Assembly (NCBI GenBank): GCA_963813025.1
Contig: CAWEXO010000011.1
Coordinates: 864,001 to 928,000, forward strand
From: an uncultured Verrucomicrobiae bacterium
GTDB lineage: Bacteria; Verrucomicrobiota; Verrucomicrobiia; Chthoniobacterales; JAFAMB01
DNA: 64,000 nucleotides
Direction: 5' to 3'
The notes under the pieces: model-generated
Seen by the model: only the letters and a program-made list of their open reading frames with translations
The model's database searches: none
What the model was told of the DNA's origin: nothing
Part shown: piece by piece, positions 33,426-43,064 of the stretch
Numbering within the stretch: position 1 is the stretch's first letter
How the letters are laid out: each line of letters opens with the position of its first letter
Position numbers and translations under genes: made by a program

Positions 33426-33638
33426 GCAGCACGGTGCGACTTCTGCCAGGCGTCAGGTGTCCCACGGTACGTAGTGCGGACGGCTTCGTTCTGTACACGA
33501 CAAGCAACGTCGCCTAAGTCGTCCTATCGGTCCCTGTGGGTCTGTGTCGCCGATGGGTCCGGTGTTTAAAACTGTTGCGCGACCCATTTCGCGATTTTCG
33601 AAAATCGCGGTAGCCTCAGCAATTGACCAACGGGTTCA

Positions 33639-35444
33639 ATGGCAAACCGGTTACGCAATCTCTCCGAGCTGGCCGCGAACGCGGCAGCAACAGCGGCGGG
33701 GCCGCATCTCGGGCCGCAGGTAGGGATAATGCTTCGTGCTTTCCTGGCATCGCCGCAACGGACGAAAATCTTTCTGCTTGCTGCCGGGCTGGTCGCTGTG
33801 GTCGGTGCGACAGCCTTTGGTCAGTATAGGCTAAATGCTTGGAACCGGCCCTTCTATGATGCGCTCGCCCGGAAAGATTTTGGGCAGTTTGTCGATCAGC
33901 TCGGGGTTTTTGGCATTATTGCCGGCGGTCTTTTGATCCTGAACGTCGCGCAAGCCTGGCTCAATCTGACGACCAAAGTCAGCCTGCGCGAGGGACTCGT
34001 GCGTGATCTGTTTGACGAATGGCTTAAACCGCGACGCGCCTTCCGTCTGCTCAATGCGGGCGAGATAGGTTCCAATCCGGATCAACGCATTCACGAGGAT
34101 GCGCGTCACCTGACGGAGCTATCGACCGATCTCGGCATCGGACTATTGCAATCTTCGCTGCTCTTGGGCAGCTTCATCGGCGTCCTCTGGATTCTCTCGG
34201 GAAATGTCACCTTCCATTTCAATGGACGTAGCTTCGCGATCCCCGGCTACATGGTCTGGTGCGCTCTTGTGTATGCGCTCACGGCGTCCTGGCTCAGCTG
34301 GGTCGTGGGCCGTCCCTTGATTAACCTCAATACCCGGCGGTACGCTTTGGAAGCAGGGTTACGATTCGCTCTGGTACGCCTTAATGAGCACATCGATAGC
34401 GTGGCGCTCTCCGGTGGTGAACAAGATGAAAAGCAACGACTCATTGCTGAGCTCCAGAAAGTTCTTCTCGTCATGCGACAGATCGTTGTTGCGAGCACCC
34501 GCCTTACCTGGGTTACCGCTGGATACGGCTGGTTCACCATCATTGCTCCAATTGTGCTCGCCGCTCCTGGATTCTTCGGTGGCGATCTTTCCTTTGGTGC
34601 GCTCATGGTCGTCGTCGGCGCTTTTAACCAGGTGCAAGGGTCGCTGCGCTGGTTCATTGACAATTTTAGCGTGATCGCCGATTGGCGGGCGACCTTGCGA
34701 CGTATCGCCAGTTTTCGCGAGGCTCTCGTCACCATGGACCGGCTCGGCGAAACCGAGAACCGGATCGAGTTTGCTCGGGCCACTGACGCCAAGGTAACCT
34801 TCGAAAATCTGGAGATAGCCACGACGGGTGGGTGCACTACGCTGAGTGAGCGACATGTGGAGATCGCCTTAGGGGACCGCGTGCTCGTTGTCGGAGAGCC
34901 CGGCACTGGGAAGACTGCCTTGTTTCTCGCGATTGCAGGCTTATGGCCGTGGGGTGCCGGCCGGATCGCCCTACCTCAGTCCGATGGCGTGATGTTCATG
35001 CCGCGCGAGCCCTATGTTCCTCTGGGGACGCTGCGCGCCGTTCTTTCTTATCCTGCGCCCGAGAATGCCTACAGCGACGAGGAACTCCGCGCGGTGCTCG
35101 ATAGCGCAGGTTTGAGCCGTTTATCTTCTTCGCTAGACCGAGTTGAGCGCTGGGAAAAAGAACTCAGCGATGACGAACAACGATTCCTGGCCTTTATCCG
35201 CATATTATTGCACAAACCTCGCTGGCTGATCATCGATGAGGCTCTTGACGGCTTGGAGGACGAGGCACGCGAACGCGTGATGCGCCTCTTCAATGAGCGC
35301 CTCAAAGGCGCCACTATTCTGAATATCGGCCGACCCGAGCGGAAGCATCACTTCTTTAAGCGCGTCCTACACCTGACCAAAGATCCAGGCGGCCGTTGTT
35401 TCGTACCGCAAAGCAACATCAGCCTGTCTGGCCGGCAGACGTAA
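33639..35444 (+). CDS. ABC transporter fused permease/ATP-binding protein (YddA/ABCD-like)
   Basis: LNAWNRPFYDAL, NPDQRIHED, EAGLRFALV, GEPGTGKT, AGLWPWGAG, IIDEA. Confidence 0.9.
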   Translation: MANRLRNLSELAANAAATAAGPHLGPQVGIMLRAFLASPQRTKIFLLAAGLVAVVGATAFGQYRLNAWNRPFYDALARKDFGQFVDQLGVFGIIAGGLLILNVAQAWLNLTTKVSLREGLVRDLFDEWLKPRRAFRLLNAGEIGSNPDQRIHEDARHLTELSTDLGIGLLQSSLLLGSFIGVLWILSGNVTFHFNGRSFAIPGYMVWCALVYALTASWLSWVVGRPLINLNTRRYALEAGLRFALVRLNEHIDSVALSGGEQDEKQRLIAELQKVLLVMRQIVVASTRLTWVTAGYGWFTIIAPIVLAAPGFFGGDLSFGALMVVVGAFNQVQGSLRWFIDNFSVIADWRATLRRIASFREALVTMDRLGETENRIEFARATDAKVTFENLEIATTGGCTTLSERHVEIALGDRVLVVGEPGTGKTALFLAIAGLWPWGAGRIALPQSDGVMFMPREPYVPLGTLRAVLSYPAPENAYSDEELRAVLDSAGLSRLSSSLDRVERWEKELSDDEQRFLAFIRILLHKPRWLIIDEALDGLEDEARERVMRLFNERLKGATILNIGRPERKHHFFKRVLHLTKDPGGRCFVPQSNISLSGRQT

Positions 35445-35539
35445 CAGCATAAAGGCGCATCGGGGTGGCCTCTCGAGGCGCACTCTAAGGCGCCCCTGCA
35501 GCGTCTCCAATCCGGTGCGCACGCTTCACGCCGGCCGCC

Positions 35540-36052
35540 CTATTCCCTGAGATCACGCTTGCTGAGCCGGGCCACATACGTCAGCGACAATCGATAGGGA
35601 GTTTCACTTGGAACCCAAATACTGGAGTGGTCCTGCACCGTCAACGGTTCGGCGAAGATCTCGACGGTGTCCTCCGGCGCCCAGACGTCGCCACCTAACA
35701 GCTCATTCGAGTGCAGGATCGAGTGGTCCTGTAACACGTGGAGGATAACGCCGATGATCTGGTACGCTTCGCGCGCGTTATTCGTCCACGGCGTGATCAG
35801 GAATCGCAACTCAAAGATAAATGGTTTCGCGCGCTCACTTGTCGCCAGCTGCGGTGGCGAATGCCCGGGATTCGGACCGACGGTCGCCTGATAAAGAAAA
35901 ATCGTCACGGCGGATTGAGGCGGCGCAAAGCCTTTGAATTCACCGAGCGTGGATAACAGGACATGTGCGGTGAGCCCAGAGCGGCTCAGCCCGTCCTGCA
36001 GCAGGGCGACGATCGTGTCGCCGAGAAATGCGATCGAGTTAGAAGTTGCCAC
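35540..36052 (-). CDS. DUF4255 / Pvc16-like protein
   Basis: TIFLYQ, ELRFLITPW, QIIGVILHVLQD, PLT...SSIW, PYRLSLTY.AR pattern; GTG start. Confidence 0.7.
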   Translation of the reverse strand: MATSNSIAFLGDTIVALLQDGLSRSGLTAHVLLSTLGEFKGFAPPQSAVTIFLYQATVGPNPGHSPPQLATSERAKPFIFELRFLITPWTNNAREAYQIIGVILHVLQDHSILHSNELLGGDVWAPEDTVEIFAEPLTVQDHSSIWVPSETPYRLSLTYVARLSKRDLRE

Positions 36053-36284
36053 GGTTTTCTAAAAACAATCCAGGCCCATCTTTTCGCCTTGCCTGCGCGG
36101 ATTGAACACTAACAAAACAGCCACTGAGCAGAAGCGCTAATTTGGGAGGTGATCGGGGGGAGGCCTGTCTGGGAAGCATGCCGCGCCGCACCCATTTGCG
36201 AGCATTGAGCGAGCTGGCCATCTTGGCGAGGCCGCGCCTCCGATCGACGAGACCTGCTGGAAAAAATGACGGATTTGTGTCTCG

Positions 36285-37334
36285 ATGCACGATATGCGCG
36301 ATCCAATAGTCTCTTCTAAGCGGATTGGGCGACCACCGCTAGTCGCTCGTCAGATCCAGGCTTGGTCACTCATGTTGGTCGATAACGAGCCGATTATCCG
36401 GGCTTACCAGCGCGACTTGGACCGGGTCCGCGCGGAATTGGGTAAGATCGAGTCGGAGCTTGAGCGGTTCAAAGGCATCGATTCCAAAAACTTTAAGCAG
36501 TGGTTGTATACTACTTTTCCCGTCCAGTTAAGCCGGCTTCGCGAACTGCAGGAAGAAAGCGCGCGATTGATCAGCCGTTTGAACTTGATGCGACAGTTCC
36601 AGGCGTACGGCGTGAAGGAATTCGGACGCGCCTACGCGCGAGCTCTCCGGGTTGAGACTGGGGAGGACCCAATGCCGGACTTTCCGCCGCCTCCAGTGGC
36701 AGACCGATCCCATCCTTCACCGGGATCGCAGGAATTCTTTAAAGAAGCGATGCGGGTGCTCGCCGAAGATATAGGTCTGGATCCTGGTTGGGTGGAAGAC
36801 GAGTTGGAGAGCATGGTGGACGAGGAATTGTCTGAGGACGGCACTGCTCGCCCGACTGCAAAAGAGGCTCAATCCATTTACCGGCAAATCGCGCTTCGTC
36901 TGCACCCCGATCGAGGTGGTGCGATGACCGAATCCGAAGCGCAAATCTGGTATCGTGCTCAGGAGGCCTATCAATTTGGCGATGTCCTGACTCTGCGTCA
37001 GCTCTGGCTGCAGATCACCGGCAAGGACCAGACCACGAAGCAACTAACGTGTGCCCAAATGATTGCCGCAATCTTTGAGACACAAGCACAAACCAGTGCC
37101 TTGCAGATGTTGCGCAACAACTTAAAACGGGAGCCTGCCTGGAGCTTCTCGCGACTGACGCCGAAACAGCTTCGATCGCGGCGAGCGCGCGTGGAGAAGG
37201 ATATCGCTGCTCAAGAGGAGATTGCCCGGGAAGAACTCGAGGCGTTACGCGCCGAGTGCACTCGGCTCGCCCGCAGGCAATCGCGCTGGGAAGCGAAGCA
37301 CAAGGGGAGTGCTGAGCAGCTCGGTCTCTTATAA
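36285..37334 (+). CDS. Coiled-coil protein with an internal J-domain-like segment
   Basis: SIYRQIALRLHPDRGG...WYRAQEAY; start may be 36372. Confidence 0.75.
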   Translation: MHDMRDPIVSSKRIGRPPLVARQIQAWSLMLVDNEPIIRAYQRDLDRVRAELGKIESELERFKGIDSKNFKQWLYTTFPVQLSRLRELQEESARLISRLNLMRQFQAYGVKEFGRAYARALRVETGEDPMPDFPPPPVADRSHPSPGSQEFFKEAMRVLAEDIGLDPGWVEDELESMVDEELSEDGTARPTAKEAQSIYRQIALRLHPDRGGAMTESEAQIWYRAQEAYQFGDVLTLRQLWLQITGKDQTTKQLTCAQMIAAIFETQAQTSALQMLRNNLKREPAWSFSRLTPKQLRSRRARVEKDIAAQEEIAREELEALRAECTRLARRQSRWEAKHKGSAEQLGLL

Positions 37335-37363
37335 ATCTTGGCGCTCAAGTACGACGCTGCTCC

Positions 37364-38047
37364 CTACCGAGGTTCGGCGAGTTCTTTGAGCGCTTTTTTT
37401 GCCTTTTCCAGGATCTCCACGACGCGTTCTTGGCGCTCCGCTGAATCGCCGGCCCACCGGGCCGCCCGGAAGGTGGCTTTGACCAGTGATCCCAGCGGAC
37501 CCAGCAGCGGAAAGGCTCCGGGACCGGACCAGCGACCCCAATCTTCCCAATGTTCCGCTCGCCGCCAAATGCGTGCTATATTGTCCTTTTCCTGCTCAAC
37601 TTCCTGGAGTCCTTGAGCGGTGAGGGAATAGACCTTTCGTCCGTCAATCTCCTCGGAGTTGAGGAGCTGCTCGTCTTCCAGCTGTTGGAGGGTGGGGTAA
37701 ACCGTTCCGGCGCTGGCTCGATACAGACCGCCCGATCGTTGCTCCAGTTCTTTGATGAGCTGGTAACCGTGCTTTGGGCCTTCCTGCAGGAGGGACAGGA
37801 TCGCCAACCGGGCTTCGCCGAACTCGAAGAAGCGCCCACGAGGACCGCCGGCAAATGAGGCAAACGGACCCCAATCGTCCCAATGACCCCAACCTTCGCG
37901 GCCTCGATGACGCCTCATAAAATCGCGGATCATCAGACCAAACCGGCGACGTCGTTCGCGTCGCTCGCAGTGCCGTTCTGGCCAGTCCGAGCCGAAAGCG
38001 AAAACGGCTGGGCGGTACTCAGAAAATTGAAACCAATCTGCTTTCAT
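37364..38047 (-). CDS. PadR family transcriptional regulator
   Basis: LAILSLLQEGPKHGYQLIKEL, SAGTVYPTLQQLEDE, RKVYSLT..G. Confidence 0.92.
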   Translation of the reverse strand: MKADWFQFSEYRPAVFAFGSDWPERHCERRERRRRFGLMIRDFMRRHRGREGWGHWDDWGPFASFAGGPRGRFFEFGEARLAILSLLQEGPKHGYQLIKELEQRSGGLYRASAGTVYPTLQQLEDEQLLNSEEIDGRKVYSLTAQGLQEVEQEKDNIARIWRRAEHWEDWGRWSGPGAFPLLGPLGSLVKATFRAARWAGDSAERQERVVEILEKAKKALKELAEPR

Positions 38048-38067
38048 AAAGTTAAGTCTATCATCGG

Positions 38068-38079
38068 ACGATATAACGT
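38068..38079. promoter_or_regulatory. Candidate PadR auto-operator
   Basis: Near-palindrome acgatataacgt (10/12), nested in tctatc...gataga, 20 bp upstream of the padR start. Confidence 0.4.
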
Positions 38080-38209
38080 TCGATAGAGCTTTTCAAGCAC
38101 GAAACCCGCGCAATGCTCTTCGGTTCACATATCTAGTAATCCAAAACCTCAAACGTGAAACGAGTGCCTGCGCGCATTTATCGCGAAGCGCGAACCGTGG
38201 GTAAGAGCA

Positions 38210-39406
38210 CTACCGGCGCTGGCGTACCCGTCTGGCGATCGGCGATTTGCGACGATCCAGCTCCTCCACAACAACATTTGCCAGCGCTACCGATTTCACA
38301 TTGATATCAGGGTCGCGGTAAAAGTGGTCGAGACCTGGTTCGATGATGCTGATCCCGTTCGGCAGCAATTCGTCAGCTAAGAGGGTTAACCCATCATTGG
38401 GACCGTACCTTCGAAGCAGCCGATAACGTCCTTTTACATCGTCAGCAATGTCGCCCGAAAGCGGGGCCGCGATAAATTGAACGATCAGCATATGCGGTGG
38501 CAACCTGATGCCATTTTGCCTTTCCCGGCTCACGCTCGTGGTCAGGTCCGGTAAACTTCGCGAGTCGATTCCCTCTGCGGAAAATATGATCTTTATCAGC
38601 CAGGATTGAGGCCATCCCCTCGCGCGATCGGCCAGGAGAGTTCCTCGGATCAATCCACCGACGCTGATCCACGCTTTCACGGACGCTGTTTGAGCTGGGG
38701 ATAATATTTCTCCCAGCGCGAGCGCGGTTTCGGGGCCGCCTTTGCTGGTGCTGATCAAGATCAGTTTAGATTCAGGTTTGCTCTCCGCGCGAATAGTGCG
38801 CGCGATAATTCCAGCGTTCTCCTGGATCGTGCCATCCTCTTTTGTGCGAATTAGCTGAACATCGAGTCCGAGCTGATGCATGAACTGCCGCTGATAAAAG
38901 AAGTCGGCTCCGGAGGTCGGATCGCTCAAGTAGTGGAAGCCCGGCACAAAGAGAAAAGTGTAACGCGCAGCGCCTGGCGGAACGATTCCGTTCCAGCTGC
39001 TTTGACGAGTGATCGCCTTCACCCGTCTTGTTTCTCGCGCATAGCTGGCCTGAAACCGAGCGTTAACTTGGTTAGCCAAGCTTTGCTTAATGAAGAACAG
39101 TGTGGCGAAATCTGGTGAGGTCTGCCTGGAAAGTTCCTGCAATCGTGACGCGATAAGCGGGCGCGCCTCGTAACTACGCTGGATCGCAGCGATCTGTTGC
39201 GCGAACTGAGGGTTCGGGAGATCGCCTTGCGGCGGCCCCGCCAAATAGTATCTGGCGAGCTTCGAATCGACGGTCGTCGCAATGGATTTACCAGCCAAGG
39301 AACCCGAAACCGGAACTCTGGGGTAAGAGCCACAAGCGGTCACCAGCAGAAAGAGCACGGCGGCGGTGATTTGAGGCCTGCCGATTCTACGCAATAGTCG
39401 ATGCAT
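38210..39406 (-). CDS. Putative lipoprotein, alpha/beta hydrolase fold
   Basis: Lipobox-like VTAC, FVPG, STSKGG nucleophile elbow, PNDG, LDH; start 39406 or 39457. Confidence 0.7.
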   Translation of the reverse strand: MHRLLRRIGRPQITAAVLFLLVTACGSYPRVPVSGSLAGKSIATTVDSKLARYYLAGPPQGDLPNPQFAQQIAAIQRSYEARPLIASRLQELSRQTSPDFATLFFIKQSLANQVNARFQASYARETRRVKAITRQSSWNGIVPPGAARYTFLFVPGFHYLSDPTSGADFFYQRQFMHQLGLDVQLIRTKEDGTIQENAGIIARTIRAESKPESKLILISTSKGGPETALALGEILSPAQTASVKAWISVGGLIRGTLLADRARGWPQSWLIKIIFSAEGIDSRSLPDLTTSVSRERQNGIRLPPHMLIVQFIAAPLSGDIADDVKGRYRLLRRYGPNDGLTLLADELLPNGISIIEPGLDHFYRDPDINVKSVALANVVVEELDRRKSPIARRVRQRR

Positions 39407-39479
39407 GTGCTCAGGTGATAATCGATCAAGCTTGCTGAACGCTTCCCGCAAGGTCATTTTTGCGATACAACCAGAGAAA

Positions 39480-40058
39480 ATGAAACGAAGAACGGCTTTC
39501 TTGATCTTTAGCCTGATCGCGGCTTGCAGCCCAGCTCTAGGCCGGGGCGGCGGTGGCGAAGGCGGCGGACAAACCTCCTCCCAAGGGAATCAGCACTACC
39601 ATGAGCCCTTTTATCCCGGATACGGCCATGATTATTCTGGCGGCCTCTATGATTTCGTTACGTACGCCTACGCAGCCACACCCGATCAAAGAACGGTGGC
39701 GAAAAAGTAAGCGGACGCTTACGTTGTTGCGGTCGAGAAAAAGAAAAAACGTCCGGCAAAGCATCGATACATCGCGGTGCAAACCCTGAAACCAACGCCC
39801 GCGCAGCGGCTGGACAATGAAAAAAAGCGGGCCGCCGCAAAGAGCCAAGCCGAAGGCCATGGAACCAGTCTGCCACCGACCTGGGTCGATCCCAGCCAGC
39901 TCCGCGGCGTCATGGTGTTCGATACTCAGTCCAAACAAATTGTGGGGAACAATTGCTATCTAATCGGTCCAACGCTTGATCCCGAGCAGACATTGAAGTT
40001 TGATGCAGTCACGGCCGAGTTTGTCGGTTCTCCCAGCGCAACGGCCGCCGCTGACTAG
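39480..40058 (+). pseudogene. Secreted hypothetical protein interrupted by an in-frame TAA at 39708
   Basis: ORFs 39405..39710 and 39777..40058 share a frame: ..QRTVAKK*ADAYVVAVEKKKKRPAKHRYIAVQTL..; signal peptide MKRRTAFLIFSLIAACSPALG. Confidence 0.6.
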
Positions 40059-40077
40059 GTCGAGTACGCTCCCTTCC

Positions 40078-40821
40078 ATGTCCAATCCGATCACGGCACC
40101 CGACCAGCCAAAGTATCGGCGGGTGATTTTAAAAATAAGCGGCGAAGCCCTCCGCGAGGCCGGCAGTCATGAGACGATTTCGCCGGACATCGTGATGAAT
40201 GTTGCTCGACAAGTGCAGGAGGTTCGCGATCTAGGAGTGGAGATTGCCGTGGTCATCGGCGGGGGAAATATCTGGCGTGGATTGGTCGCGAGTCACCGCG
40301 GGATGGATCGGACAACAGCGGATTATATGGGCATGTTGGCGACGGTCATCAATGGCATGGCCCTGCAGAGCGCGCTGGAACAGATCAACGTGCCGACCCG
40401 TCTCCAAACCGCTATTGAGATGGCCAACGTTGCTGAGCCGTTCATCCTGCGGCGAGCGATCCGGCACCTGGAGCTGGGTCGAGTGGTTATTTTTGGAGCG
40501 GGCACAGGCAACCCGTTCTTTTCGACCGACACTGCAGCAGCTCTGCGGGCCAGTGAGATTCGAGCGGAAGTCATTCTGAAAGCGACCAAAGTGGATGGCA
40601 TCTACGATAGTGACCCAAAAGTCAATCCGGCCGCACAACGTTATGAATTGATCTCGTACACGGAGGCCTTGACGAACCGTCTCCGGGTGATGGATGCAAC
40701 GGCCTTCAGCTTGTGCATGGACAACGGCATTCCTATCATTGTTTTCGATATGGCGCAGCCGCATAATATCAAAAGGGCAATTTGCGGGGAAAAAATCGGG
40801 ACCCTGGTAACGAATGATTGA
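40078..40821 (+). CDS. pyrH: UMP kinase
   Basis: [38 protein letters not shown]. Confidence 0.98.
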   Translation: MSNPITAPDQPKYRRVILKISGEALREAGSHETISPDIVMNVARQVQEVRDLGVEIAVVIGGGNIWRGLVASHRGMDRTTADYMGMLATVINGMALQSALEQINVPTRLQTAIEMANVAEPFILRRAIRHLELGRVVIFGAGTGNPFFSTDTAAALRASEIRAEVILKATKVDGIYDSDPKVNPAAQRYELISYTEALTNRLRVMDATAFSLCMDNGIPIIVFDMAQPHNIKRAICGEKIGTLVTND

Positions 40822-40895
40822 CAGATCCGGTGAATAGCGGATGACGGGATGCCCCCCGATCAAACATATCCGCCCTTGAAAGGAGGAGTTGGCTT

Positions 40896-41456
40896 ATGAC
40901 AACCGATGAGATTCTGTTCGAGACCGAAGAAGCGATGGAAAAAAGTATGGAGTATCTTATTCACGAGTTCGCCTCGGTCCGCACCGGGAAAGCGTCTCCG
41001 GCCCTCGTGGAGAATATCGATGTGGCCGCTTATGGCAGCTCGATGAAGCTCAAGCAACTGGCCTTGATCACCACCCCGGAGCCACGACTGCTGCTCGTTC
41101 AACCGTTTGACGCCAGCGTAGTGCGCGATATCGAAAAAGCACTCGTTGAGTCGAAGCTCGGCATCAATCCTGCCGTTGACGGGAAATTGATTCGTTTGCC
41201 GATTCCGGAATTGTCGGAGGAACGAAGAAAGGACTTGGTCAGGACGACTCGTCACATGGCGGAGGAAGCCCGCGTCAGGATGCGGGCGGGACGCCGCGCG
41301 GGGATCGACCAGGTGAAGAAATTGGAAAAAGAAGGCAGTATCACGGAGGATCAGCGCCGCGATATCGAGGATGAAATACAGAAATTGACTGACAGATTTG
41401 TCAAGGATATCGACGTACACCTAACCAGCAAGGAAGCCGATATTATGAGAGTATGA
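40896..41456 (+). CDS. frr: Ribosome recycling factor
   Basis: VRTGKASP, LGINP..DG..IRLPIPELSEERRK; strong SD aggaggag. Confidence 0.98.
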   Translation: MTTDEILFETEEAMEKSMEYLIHEFASVRTGKASPALVENIDVAAYGSSMKLKQLALITTPEPRLLLVQPFDASVVRDIEKALVESKLGINPAVDGKLIRLPIPELSEERRKDLVRTTRHMAEEARVRMRAGRRAGIDQVKKLEKEGSITEDQRRDIEDEIQKLTDRFVKDIDVHLTSKEADIMRV

Positions 41457-41977
41457 AGTGGTTTGGTTTCCTTCTATTCGTTCTTTGTTTTGGTGATTTT
41501 TCTTTGGCCCACGCGGCAGCCAGTCCGCGAAGCACTCGTCATCCTCCGGCGCCGTCGGTGCCGAGGCCCGCGCCCGATTTTGCCTGGAGCAGCATTACTG
41601 GAAAGGTCCGCAGCCTGCGCGATTTGCGGGGCCAACCAGTCGTACTGATTTTTGCGACAAATCCTCAACAGAGGATTTTCATCCGTCAGGTTAAGGAGAT
41701 TAACCGTCGTTATCGTCAGCTCGCTGCCCAGAACACATTGTTCTTCGTCGCGTTTACTAAAGAGTCCGGATTGATCTCGCGATCGGATGTGCCCTTCGTC
41801 ATCCTGCCTGATCCCATGACGACGGCTGACGAGTACCGGGTCGGTGATTTTGGAATTGCGATAATCGCGTCAGACGGGAACCTGGACTATGCCACCGATC
41901 GGCTGATTACCGGGCAACGGATCCTGGATGTAATCGTCAATTCCTATCAGCGGCAGGTCGCGAATCGGCGGCAGTAG
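41453..41977 (+). CDS. Secreted redoxin/thioredoxin-like fold protein lacking CxxC
   Basis: Signal peptide, APDF..SLRDLRGQPVVLIF, IAIIASDG; ATGA overlap with frr. Confidence 0.65.
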   Translation: MKWFGFLLFVLCFGDFSLAHAAASPRSTRHPPAPSVPRPAPDFAWSSITGKVRSLRDLRGQPVVLIFATNPQQRIFIRQVKEINRRYRQLAAQNTLFFVAFTKESGLISRSDVPFVILPDPMTTADEYRVGDFGIAIIASDGNLDYATDRLITGQRILDVIVNSYQRQVANRRQ

Positions 41978-42045
41978 GGTATAGGGTTGATGTCCGCGAT
42001 TCGGGCGTGACCTTGGCCCGAACGATGGCGGGAATCCCGCGACAA

Positions 42046-43002
42046 ATGGCGAAACGCTACCCTCGCATCGCGTTTTTTCAGAATCCGGCGAGCGGAGGAT
42101 GGGACGATCGCGCACGGGACTACCTTCGGCAGCGGCTCGGTGACTTGACTGGCGATCTCGAGGAAATTGTCGTGACGCCAGATGTGCCGGTGACAGCGCG
42201 CGCGCAAGAGCTGGCCGACAGGGGAGTCAGTCTAGTCGCGGTGGCGGGCGGCGACGGCACCGTCCGTGAGGTGGCAACCGCGCTGGTCAGGACGGCTGTA
42301 CCGTTGGCGATAATACCCCTGGGAACCTTCAACAATCTGGCCTTGAGCTTAGGTCTGCCCAGAACGCCCGAGGCCGTCTGTGACTTAATCGAAAAAGGCG
42401 ACACAAAAACGATCGATGTCGGTCTGGCGGACGAACATCACCATTTTTTCGAGGCCGCCGGGGTCGGTGTCGACGCTGAACTGTTCCCGATGGGGGAAGA
42501 AGTAAAACAAGGCAAGCTCCGCGCGTTATTGCGAGCCTTTACGCTCGCCGCAAGACACACCCAGTTGCCGGTTGAGCTCAGTTTCGATCGTCCCGTCGCC
42601 GCCGCTTACCTTCAGTCGTTTCGCGGGCGGACGTCCGTGCGCCGTCGCCGCAAGCGTTTCCGGAAGAGTCGTCGGAATATCAAACTGCGTTGTTCCTTTG
42701 TCGCGGTCGGAAATGGGCCGTATTACGGAAGCAATTTCAACATCTGTCCTGGCGCCAGCCTCGATGACGGCTTGCTCCGAATCGCGGTGTATCGTGACTT
42801 TAGCAAGCGTGAACTGCTCACCCATCTTTGGTCCATCAGCCGAGGTCGATACCAGTACAGTCCGAAATTGGAATTGTTTGAATGCCGTACGCTGGAAGTC
42901 CGGTCTCGCTGGCGACTTTTTGTGCACGTCGACGGAAATCCGATTGGCACGACGCCAGTCCGGTTCGGCACGATCGAAAGAGGGTTGACAGTTTTCGCTT
43001 GA
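42046..43002 (+). CDS. Diacylglycerol/lipid kinase family protein
   Basis: NPASG, AGGDGT, IPLGTFNNLA, GNGPYYG, DDGLL, VDG; start uncertain (42007-42046). Confidence 0.9.
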   Translation: MAKRYPRIAFFQNPASGGWDDRARDYLRQRLGDLTGDLEEIVVTPDVPVTARAQELADRGVSLVAVAGGDGTVREVATALVRTAVPLAIIPLGTFNNLALSLGLPRTPEAVCDLIEKGDTKTIDVGLADEHHHFFEAAGVGVDAELFPMGEEVKQGKLRALLRAFTLAARHTQLPVELSFDRPVAAAYLQSFRGRTSVRRRRKRFRKSRRNIKLRCSFVAVGNGPYYGSNFNICPGASLDDGLLRIAVYRDFSKRELLTHLWSISRGRYQYSPKLELFECRTLEVRSRWRLFVHVDGNPIGTTPVRFGTIERGLTVFA

Positions 43003-43064
43003 GTGGTGCTCTCGGCAGACTTTCGCTTGATTTGGACCACAGCTGGGTGAACTCTTCTGGCTCC

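Noticed and set aside
28085..39710. Stop-codon reassignment suggested by two in-frame TAA codons
   Set aside because: TAA terminates conserved genes here (atpE, atpG, atpC, infA-adjacent RRM); two cases fit mutation or error
33426..40058. Prophage or integrated island next to infA
   Set aside because: Accessory-looking genes, but no integrase, att repeats, tRNA or phage structural cluster seen
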